Assembly: GCA_000091205.1 (NCBI GenBank)
Contig: AP006483.2
Reading direction: 5' to 3' (one strand)
Length of the DNA stretch: 64,000 nt
From: Cyanidioschyzon merolae
Lineage: Eukaryota
Shown here: positions 1 to 9,550 of the stretch, one piece after another
How the letters are laid out: the number at the start of each line of letters is the position of its first letter
Position numbering within the stretch: position 1 is the stretch's first letter
The notes under the pieces: generated by a model
Database searches by the model: none
What the model saw: only the letters and a program-made list of their open reading frames with translations
Told to the model about the DNA's origin: nothing
Translations under genes and position numbers: made by a program

Positions 1-13
1 GCTGTGGCTGCGC

Positions 14-1372
14 TTGTCACCACGTGAGGCGTCAGTATCAAGGGGGAACCTGACTGCGGAAGCGATCGAAACCCTCCAGTCGTACCTGCGCATCGACACT
101 GCCCAGCCACAACCTCAGTACCGTAAGGCAGTTCGCTTCATCAAGCAGGCCTGCAAACGAGCTGGTCTTGAAGGTTTCCACCAGTTCTCGTTTCAGCGTG
201 GTCGACTCGGGGCGGTCTGTAGTGTCCAGGGACGCGAGCCGCACCTTGGAGCGGTGGTGCTGAACTCGCACATTGACGTCGTGCCGGCCGAGTCGTCCGC
301 CTGGCGCCTGGCGCCTCCTTTCTCAGCAGCTATTGTCGACGGAAACGTGGTCGCTAGGGGCTCACAAGATATGAAGACGCAAGGAGTGCAGTACCTGGAG
401 GCGCTGCGTCGGCTACGCGCACAGGCCGGCGACAAGTGGCCTATGCGGCGAACGGTCCACGTGCTCTTTGTGCCGGATGAGGAGGTCGGTGGTCGCACGG
501 GGATGGCTTCGCTGGTGAACTCCAGTCTATGGCGTGATACATTGCGCCCGGCAGTGCTGATCGACGAGTGTCTTCCCGAGACTCGCCTCGGTGTCTACAA
601 AGTATGCTATGGCGAGAGACAGCCCTGGTGGATGACCATTCGAACGAGCCATCACACTGCGCATGGCGGAACGCTCCCCGCAGATACGGCGATTCAACGT
701 CTTTTTGCGCTGTTAGACAACGTACTTGCGTATCGAGAGCAACAGCGCCTTGCTGTAGAGAGCCAGAGGAAAGCGCTGGGCGAGGTGCTTGGCGTCAATG
801 TGGTCCACTGGGCCAGCAGCGGCAACGGGAACGCCACCAATGTCATCCCGAGTGATGCAGAAATCCGACTGGATATGCGCGTCCCGCCACATATGTCTGA
901 ACTGGAGGTACTTGCGCTGTTAGAGGAGTGGACACGAGGCTCGTGCAACTGGCACTCGCACAACGGCGAACTTTTGTGTGCGAATGCTACGTACCGTATC
1001 CAGTTCATTGATCGAGTCATTGCACCGTATCGCGAAGTGGTTGACGAGGCCGAGTCTATGCTCTATCGGGCGATTGCCATCGCAGGAAGAGCACGAAACA
1101 TCAGTCTCGAACCGTTTGTGTTCCCCATGAGTACGGACTCGCGGTATGTGCGTCAGGCGGGTGTCCCAGCGTATGGTATCATGGCGCTGGACGGGGTCCT
1201 GCAGGGAGCGCAGTTACATCAGCCTGATGAGTCTGTGCCACTGACTGCGTTCGAGCGAGGTATTTCGTTTTACATGGAATTGGTGCGTCAACTCGCCGAG
1301 GAAGCGCACTGGGAAGCAACCGCAGACGTTGCGAACGTAACTGCCCGTCGGCATACTTCGGATGAACTGTAG
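14..1372 (+). CDS. Aminoacylase-1-like M20 family metallopeptidase (N-acyl-L-amino-acid amidohydrolase); 5' end runs off the window
   Basis: 452-aa continuous ORF. M20/ACY1 signature motifs are NSHIDVVP..WRLAPPF and ARGSQDMK. The N-terminus YLRIDTAQPQPQY aligns near residue 10 of animal ACY1. The frame is open to position 1 with no in-frame ATG, so the start codon lies upstream of the window. Confidence 0.7.
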   Translation: MSPREASVSRGNLTAEAIETLQSYLRIDTAQPQPQYRKAVRFIKQACKRAGLEGFHQFSFQRGRLGAVCSVQGREPHLGAVVLNSHIDVVPAESSAWRLAPPFSAAIVDGNVVARGSQDMKTQGVQYLEALRRLRAQAGDKWPMRRTVHVLFVPDEEVGGRTGMASLVNSSLWRDTLRPAVLIDECLPETRLGVYKVCYGERQPWWMTIRTSHHTAHGGTLPADTAIQRLFALLDNVLAYREQQRLAVESQRKALGEVLGVNVVHWASSGNGNATNVIPSDAEIRLDMRVPPHMSELEVLALLEEWTRGSCNWHSHNGELLCANATYRIQFIDRVIAPYREVVDEAESMLYRAIAIAGRARNISLEPFVFPMSTDSRYVRQAGVPAYGIMALDGVLQGAQLHQPDESVPLTAFERGISFYMELVRQLAEEAHWEATADVANVTARRHTSDEL

Positions 1373-1445
1373 CAGTGGTGCGGCATCGACGTCGTCGGTC
1401 GCATTATGGTGCGGATGTCCCGAATATGATCTTGAGTACCGCATT

Positions 1446-2492
1446 CGCGGTAGTAGCGAATCGCGGAATATCAGTATCGTTCCTGCAACCATTGCCCAGC
1501 AAATCCTTCCCAGTGTACCAGTACGGCGCTGTCGCCTTGGTGCAATGCTGAACACCACCGTACCCGTGCCAGGCTCCAGGCGGGAATCCAATGCCGTCTA
1601 TCCCGGGGTACGGATTCATTGGCATCGAAAGCCTTGCACATCCCAGCACAATGCCAATAACGTGTACCAAACAATCACCTTAGACGCCCGCTCGAGACAC
1701 AGCCGCTGGACGCCCCGAATGCCCCAGACTCTTCTTCCGAATGGTGATCGAGGTGTCCAGGTCTCGGTTCAGAGCGAAAACACTGGCCGGCACGGCGGCT
1801 ACTGGCATCACACCCTAGCAAGCATCTCACCAGGTCGAGTCCGTCGGTACATGACACTCGATCAGCTTACCGTACACCACAGAGTGTACCGGGCTCCGTT
1901 CTATCCGCATCTTGTCAGCCTGATTCAACGAGAACTCATGCTCGTAATGCAGGTATGTCGCCCTGGAGGCATCCACGGGTGTCTAACAAGAATCAGTCGC
2001 TGCACTTATCGTCCGGTCTCGTCCACGAGACGCGAATGGAGGCCACGCGCACTGCAACCCGTGCACCGTCACAGGCTACGACTCACAGAGGCGTCTTGCT
2101 AGTCACTTGGCTTCGTGCCGCTCACGGAATAAGTTCGTGAATGCACGCTCCTCGCTGCCGTACACGAGACGCAGTCTAGGACTCCAGCACTCTATCATGT
2201 ACGCCTGTCCAGGGATCGTCCGCAGGAGCCTGCGGGACGCTGAGGCACGCGCTGAAGCGCGGAATCCCTCGCATCAGTCTTCGTGTTTTTCGGTGGCATT
2301 CCGGTGAGCGGACAGCGCCTACATCAGGCGCGCTCCACACGGACTCGGTTACTCTTCTGGGTTTCGACTCTCGTTAGAAACGCTTTGGAGCTTGCCTCGA
2401 GTGTGCTGCAATCATTAGCATCGCTACTCGACGCGCCACTGTATTCGGGATCAGCTGGGCAACGTCGTTCGACGTGTTGCCAGCGTACTGCA
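1446..2492. repeat. Copy 1 of a ~1.04-kb dispersed direct repeat (LTR-like or segmental duplication)
   Basis: Near-identical to 7275..8323 (7 aa differences over ~215 codons, ~98-99% nt identity). Identity begins at cgcgg...tagcgaatcgcggaatatcagtatcg and ends at ...ccagcgtactgcatc. No recognisable coding content. Confidence 0.85.
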
Positions 2493-4477
2493 TCTCCTGT
2501 CGTGAACGTTGGCTGCAGGGTCGCAACAGATCTCGATCAAAGTATTCCAGATACATGTGAGCAGCTGGTAGCTCTGGTCCTTCAATTCCGAAAAGCAATT
2601 GCGTGATAGAGGGCGGCATGCCAAGAGAAGCTGGGCAAGCCATCCTCGAATGACAATTTCCACGATTCCCAATGACGTGCGGAATCTCACGTTTTGGAGT
2701 ATCATCCCGGTTCATGTATCGAAGCATGGAGTTCTTGACAACGATTTGAGACTGGTGCTTGCGCACCCGCATGTCGCCGTTAGCGTCATTCCCCGTTGTT
2801 TTTTCGAGATCAGCCTTGTCTCCGTTGTGCGATGGTTTTCTGCTCTTTTCTCGTCTCCGCCTGCTCCTCACTTACTTGGCCAGGCAGCGTGGATGTGGTC
2901 GCTGGACTCTACACCCGACCTGGTTCCTCGCGATTCAGGTAGGCTCGATGGACAGCTGGGCTGATGCGTGCCCTCTGTATATACGTATGAATCTACTATT
3001 CATCAAATACCTTTTTGTCACCGTCTCCGTCGCGAGCAAGCCCAAAGACAGATGCGCATCATGCCGCTTCCCCGCAAGCCCGAGCAGCGGAGCGAGCAAG
3101 CGAGCGAGCGGTCCAAGACTGATCAAGGCAGAGGTCGGCTTGTCGGAGAACGGCTTCCCCATGGGTTTCGTTCCCACGAATGCGAACGACTGGTCCATTG
3201 ATCAGTGAACGTCAAAATGGCGTCACATAACAGCGGAGATGCTATCGACTTGATTGAAACAGGGATAACACGCTGGCTCGAAAAGCAGCTCATCACGAAT
3301 CTCAGCGATGTACTCCACGAGCGCGTTTGTGTGATGAACAGCGACACTGTCTTACAGCGGGACTCAGACGTATAGCGAGCAGCCGCCCCAGAATGTGCAT
3401 CGATGAGCGATGTGGTGTTGAGCGACTCTATCTGTCCAGGGATGTATAGACGAAGACGCGATTGACTCGCTGCTCGGGGATGCTGATGTCGATGCGCTCA
3501 CCTGCCCCTTCTCCACGAACCGTTGTGTGCTCAGTTTTGAGTACACGGATACAGGTCTCATCTCTCTCTGAAATGGACGTCCATCGAGTGAGACGAACAC
3601 CGGCCGTCGACTGGAAAACGCATGCGCGTTTCACTACGAACTCACTCACGTGATGCTCAACAAACGACAGTCTCTCAGGGAAGCACGTCCTTCTCTTTCC
3701 GCAAACGTGTCCCTCTATCACACGTTTGAACGAACGATACGGAAACGTTCATACGCTGGCTCCTTTGGAATTATTTCATGGATAACGGATGGAGTGAAAT
3801 TGATTTACGACAGGACAGTCACGCGTATACAGTTTGGTGCGTTCTGTTTGCGATGCCCGACATTCAACCCAGGGAGTTCGAGACGGGCGCTTCATCCACC
3901 ACCTGCTGACCGTAGAATGACTAACTTGCATCCGCAAGACAATTTTTAGCATCAGCAGCAGTGACAGCATAGAGTTTTTTCTGGCCTTTCCCCAATTCAC
4001 AGGATCCATTAGTTGCGTAGCATACCGTCGAGGAAAAAACAATAACGTCATATAGGGTGTACCGGTATCCACGGACCAGCATTCACTGCTCTGAACATAA
4101 CGCTTTGGACGGGCAGCATTCGTCATGCTAGCGTCCGTCTCACCTTAGATTCCAGCGATAAGCTTTGGCGTTCGTTCCGCGGACTGGAGCCGCTTTCTTC
4201 ACCATGACACCTTTCGGTAAACGCGAACTATTCGACGGGGCCAGTTACTCCGTTCCGCTGCGATATCAGAAAAAAGCAACACGCTCTACAGCGCGCAGGA
4301 TAGTACCTGGCGTCGACAAATCAAGACCTCGAAGCACGCGCACTCGCCACGAAGAGCCAGCAACCTTGATTTATATGGACTGAACAGTACAACGGCACAG
4401 CAAAGCGTGAACGTACCTCGAGCTGTACCCGATGAAGACTACTGCCTAACCGTACGAACCTCTGTAGTTTTTCCGTC

Positions 4478-5060
4478 GCCGCGCTGCGCTCTAACGAAAG
4501 CACCTGTGGACGCGTTTACACTCATTCAGCGTATGAGGTTCCAGAAGCACCGAACACAAACCCCAAATAAGCACCCCTGGCTAGCTCCGCATACTTCTGC
4601 GCTATTCCCGTGCGTACACTGCGCTTTGGGAAGCACCGGTGGACGCGTTTACACTCATCCAGCGTATGGGGTTCCAGAAGCACCGCACTCAAAACCAAAA
4701 ATAAGCACCCCTGGCTAGCTCCGCATCCTTCTGCGCTATTCCCGTGCGTACACTGCGTTTAGAGAAGCACCGGTGGACGCGTTTACACTCATCCAGCGTA
4801 TGGGGTTCCAGAAGCACCGAACACAAAACCAAAAATAAGCACCCCTGCCTAGCTCCGCATACTTCTGCGCTATTCTCGTATGTATACTGCGCTTTGGGAA
4901 GCACCGGTGGACGCGTTTACACTCATCCAGCGTATGGGGTTCCAGAAGCACCGAACACAAAACCAAAAATAAGCAACCCTGGCTAGCTCCGCATCCTTCT
5001 GCGCTATTCCCGTGCGTACACTGCGTTTAGAGAAGCACCGGTGGACGCGTTTACACTCAT
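4478..5060. repeat. Tandem array, 134-bp unit x ~4.3 copies
   Basis: The gtggacgcgtttacactcat motif recurs at 4506, 4639, 4773, 4907 and 5041 (period 133-134 bp) with a few substitutions per unit. Confidence 0.85.
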
Positions 5061-5270
5061 GATCGTGCCCGACCCCAGCGACGACGACGGCAGCGGGTAC
5101 GCGCTGGGGGCGCACAGCGAGTCGACAGCGCCGCACCGCAGCACTCTGTAGCAGACGCGCTACCGTCTCGAGCAGCGTAACGTCGTCGCACGAGTGCCCC
5201 AACCGGTGTGCAGTGTTTTGTGGACGACAACCCGTCTTATACCCTTCGCCGTAACTGGGCTCATGAACTC

Positions 5271-6230
5271 ATGTTTATTGGTCCTATAGGTGCACTAGGT
5301 TCAAACCGGGGCTCGCCTAGAGCAGCAAGCACCCGTCCTAAGCCGTCTGCAGCTGCAGGAAGCCGCTGTCGTTACTGCCGGCACCTGAGGACGGCGAGTG
5401 CCAACCAGCGCTTTTGGCAACAAGAGTACTCGGGGACCGGTCCGGGGGTGACAAGACGCTCGTCTGCTGCGCTACGACGCAGGTGTCGTGGAACACGCTG
5501 GACGCTTGCAGCACCGACGCCTGCACGACGGCCTGGTGAGCGGTTTGGACGTCTCCACTTTCTGGGGCGACAAGCGTTGCTGGGGACGTGTCGGCCTCTA
5601 ATAGAGGCACCTGCTCATAACTGTCGACGAATTGCTGCTGCAGTGCAGATTAGTGCACCGATTGCTGTTCTATGGAAGGTACTGACAGACTATAATCACT
5701 TGGCGGAGTTTATTCCGAACCTTGCTGTGTCCCGTACGTGCCCGCATCCGAGCGGCGGAATTCGGCTGCAGCAGGAAGGTATCCAGAACGTTTTTGGGTT
5801 CCGTTTTCGCGCCGCAGTGCTCATGGACATGAGTGAGGTGGTAGGCAACCCAGACGAGGTGCCGCAGCGACGGAGTATCTATTTTGACATGGTTCAAAGT
5901 CGGGACTTTAGTCGCTTCGAGGGTGAATGGTATCTCGAGGAAATAAGAGAAACCGCAGACGATGCTGGGAGCGTATCACCAGCAGAGGAGGATCGTGCAG
6001 CTGCCGAGGGCGGTGACGCTACACATCCTGTACCCAGTACGATCCTAGGCTACGTGGTTGAGATCGTACCCCGTCATATGGTTCCCGTGCGATTGGTAGA
6101 ATGGCGCATTCGGGAGGATCTCGTACCGAATCTACTCGCTGTGAAGCGCGAAGCTGAAAGAAGATATCTTGAAGCGTACCGATCGGAAGCGATGCTGCAA
6201 GCGCAGCGAGAATCACCACCTTCGGGCTGA
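5271..6230 (+). CDS. SRPBCC (START/Bet v1-like polyketide cyclase-dehydrase / COQ10-like) domain protein with R/S/A-rich N-terminal presequence
   Basis: The domain region ISAPIAVLWKVLTDYNHLAEFIPNLAVSR ... SIYFDMVQSRDFSRFEGEWYLEEI matches the Polyketide_cyc2/COQ10 fold pattern. The ORF opens at 5208 (GTG) and the first ATG is at 5271. The N-terminal ~110 aa look like a transit peptide, so the domain assignment is more secure than the start. Confidence 0.5.
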   Translation: MFIGPIGALGSNRGSPRAASTRPKPSAAAGSRCRYCRHLRTASANQRFWQQEYSGTGPGVTRRSSAALRRRCRGTRWTLAAPTPARRPGERFGRLHFLGRQALLGTCRPLIEAPAHNCRRIAAAVQISAPIAVLWKVLTDYNHLAEFIPNLAVSRTCPHPSGGIRLQQEGIQNVFGFRFRAAVLMDMSEVVGNPDEVPQRRSIYFDMVQSRDFSRFEGEWYLEEIRETADDAGSVSPAEEDRAAAEGGDATHPVPSTILGYVVEIVPRHMVPVRLVEWRIREDLVPNLLAVKREAERRYLEAYRSEAMLQAQRESPPSG

Positions 6231-7274
6231 ACGACTGCGGTTTTTGTCGGGCGTGGGTGCATACTGAGCTAGTGCGCAGGACAGCGTGCCGGCATGACGC
6301 TGCTTCCAAACTCGACGCTTGTCTCGTATAGTCGAAGATGCTGATCCGAACACTGGGCGTCCTATGGCTCCAATACGGGAACCAGATCGATTCGAATGCA
6401 CACGAAGGTGCTGCTGTGTGCACCAGAAGTTTCCCTCCTGCCAGCATGGGAAACGAGGATATGCTATTTAGCCTGATCATCGCGCAGAAGACATGCAGGG
6501 AGCATCACGCTCGACCGCAGATACCCAACTCCTACAGACAGACCGAACCAGGAAACAGTATGTGATTGCTGCTTCTTGGCACATGCAAGCGACGATGAGC
6601 ACGATAGCGCGACACGGGTCTTGGATTCTTTGGCACAGTGTGTGTCTCGCCAAGCTGTGTATCAGGCATTGGCAAAGCAGCAGTCACGCCAAAACCTGTG
6701 TCCCGAGTCACACTCTTGCGGCAGGTCGTGCTCGCGTAAACGGTTTCAGCTCTAACACGTTTCCGAAGTTGGAATCGTGGCAGATACGCATACTTGCAAA
6801 AACTTTCATCCATTGCGTCGCGCCTTGGTAAAGTAACGTAGCGTTGCTTTCGGTCCGAAAAAGCGCCGAGACGATGCCGTCGTCAAGACTCATACATCAT
6901 TCCAGAATATGATGCAGCGAGCGTGACTTGCCTCATTGCGCTGTGGATGGGTCATCAGTTAGCGCTGATCCACGTTCGGATGGAACCTAGAGAGGGCGCG
7001 TCGCGAGCGCAGCGCAGCCTGGGCGCCAGAGCCGCTGTCCAACACAAGGAGCGTGCAGCCTCGCTTGTATTGTCTCCTGAGAGATCTGCGATATGCGCAG
7101 CTCGCACGGCTCAACGATACAAGGCGCAAATATTAAGAGGAAAGAGCGAGCAGGTACAAAGCCCGTATCCGACAGCTACGGATTGTAGAGCGAAAAGATG
7201 GGATTCAAAAGGAAATTAAAAAAGAGAGATGTGTCGTTATAGAAAATATTCCGCAACCACGCCTCCATGCCTAT

Positions 7275-8323
7275 ACGCGGGAATAGCGAATCGCGGAATA
7301 TCAGTATCGTTCCTGCAACCATTGCCCAGCAAATCCTTCCCAGTGTACCAGTACGGCGCTGTCGCCTTGGTGCAATGCTGAACACCACCGTACCCGTGCC
7401 AGGCTCCAGGCGGAAATCCAATGCCGTCTATCCCGGGGTACGGATTCATTGGCATCGAAAGCCTTGCGCATCCCAGCACAATGCCAATAACGTGTACCAA
7501 ACAATCACTTTAGACGCCCGCTCGAGACACAGCCGCTGGACGCCCCGAATGCCCCAGACTCTTCTTCCGAATGGTGATCGAGGTGTCCAGGTCTCGGTTC
7601 AGAGCGAAAACACTGGCCGGCACGGCGGCTACTGGCATCACACCCTAGCAAGCATCTCACCAGGTCGAGTCCGTCGGTACATGACACTCGATCAGCTTAC
7701 CGTACACCACAGAGTGTACCGGGCTCCGTTCTATCCGCATCTTGTCAGCCTGATTCAACGAGCACTCATGCTCGTAATGCAGGTATGTCGCCCTGGAGGC
7801 ATCCACGGGGGTCTAACAAGAATCAGTCGCTGCACTTATCGTCCGTTCTCGTCCACGGGACGCGAATGGAGGCCACGCGCACTGCAACCCGTGCACCGTC
7901 ACAGGCTACCACTCACAGAGGCGTCTTGCTAGTCATTTGGCTTCGTGCCGCTCACGGAATAAGTTCGTGAATGCACGCTCCTCGCTGCCGTACACGAGAC
8001 GCAGTCTAGGACTCCAGCACTCTATCATGTACGCCTGTCCAGGGATCGTCCGCAGGAGCCTGCGGGACGCTGACGCACGCGCTGAAGCGCGGAATCCCTC
8101 GCATCAGTCTTCGTGTTTTTCGGTGGCATTCCGGTGAGCGGACAGCGCCTACATCAGGCGCGCTCCACACGGACTCGGTTACTCTTCTGGGTTTCGACTC
8201 TCGTTAGAAACGCTTTGGAGCTTGCCTCGAGTGTGCTGCAATCATTAGCATCGCAACTCGACGCGCCACTGTATTCGGGATCAGCTGGGCAACGTCGTTC
8301 GACGTGTTGCCAGCGTACTGCAT
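7275..8323. repeat. Copy 2 of the ~1.04-kb direct repeat
   Basis: See copy 1. The two copies have the same orientation and lie 5.8 kb apart. A purine-rich tract (7190-7235) sits ~40 bp upstream. Confidence 0.85.
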
Positions 8324-9550
8324 CGCTGTTGGAGGCGTTATTCGGTCAGCATTGACCGAAGCACTCGAGTATCGTTTCAATTCAGTCCACGCCTGTGTCG
8401 GGATAGAAAGGAGCGCTTCCTCGAACATGAGCAGGCGCTCTGAATATTGCGTCGTTTTCTAATGTCATCAATACCTGGCTCTGAGTTTTTTGACTGCGAC
8501 TGCATCCTTTTCATCAACCGCGGTTGCCAGCAAGCGAGCGATACTACTGGCACTGTTATAGACGCGATTCGCTGCTTCCGGTTTTTCCCAACACATGCCA
8601 TGCACAGACAGATGATTCGATACGTGTGCTGCCTTTTATATCTATTTTGTTGTGCGTTTACACCCTCAGTGCCGCCTTCGCAGCGGTGACACATGACTAT
8701 GGGAATGCGTCCCTTGTGTCCGTCATACTATCTCCTTCGAGAACTGAACTGCGGCGCGTGAAGGCATGCTGTATTGTTCAGCACATGCTCGTGACGGCTA
8801 TCGAAATCGCTCCTGAGCGCTGTCCACGGTTTGCGCACCCTGTGCCGTACGCCATGATCACGACTTGCTCTGAGCGATGCGTCGTCAACGAGTCTGCTCA
8901 CTGCATCAACAAGCGCACTGCATCGCATTGGATAGAGCGTTTAGGGTATGCGACGTGCTCCACGATGAAATACGTACCGAAAGGAACAACCAGGCCGGAG
9001 CGACTCGAGAATTTTCGATCCATAGGCATGAGACTGGGAACCTCTCATCCACGGACGACGTCAACTAGAATGCCTCGTCGATTCAAAAAGTTCGATTTCC
9101 TGTGCCAACGAATTGCCTCGAAGCACAACATCGAAAATCTGAAAAATGCTGCATTCCAATATGCTGCACGCGAGAAGAGGTGAACACGCACGGGAGGCTT
9201 GTATGGATGCGCTTCTTCACAGTATCGGATTTTTTTCCAACGCTTGTTCCAGGGGGGTGCGAATCCTCTTGACGCTGGTGACGACACGAATTCCAGTGCA
9301 AGAACATCGAAACAGCCACTCCCAAGAGACAACCGAGCATCCCAAAACGATCGTTGAGTCCATAGGCCGGTAGTGCTGCACGTCGAATGTCGAGACTGTC
9401 CATCTAAAACACAACTGTAAACTTATGAACAAGATAGCACAGACCGCGTCATTCAGTGTCGCACTCGAATCCGACGTGTACGCAGTGGAGCAACGGACGC
9501 CATGCTACCGGTCGAGTCGATATCGAGACTCCGCACGTCCACGATGCACA

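Noticed and set aside
4478-5060. CRISPR-like array. Regularly spaced repeats were also seen at 43290-43836 and 33720-33995.
   Set aside because: Units are long (62-134 bp) and directly abutting with no unique spacers. The sequence is eukaryotic and no cas genes are present. These are satellites or minisatellites.
5285-5330. tRNA-like T-loop (ggttcaaacc) near 5296
   Set aside because: I could not build a cloverleaf. The flanking bases do not pair as T-stem or acceptor stem, and it lies inside the SRPBCC ORF's presequence.
1446-8323. Autonomous LTR retrotransposon
   Set aside because: The interior has no gag, protease, RT, RNase H or integrase motifs. The repeat ends lack TG..CA, and no tRNA-complementary PBS is evident after the 5' copy. 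Only the LTR-like geometry is reported.
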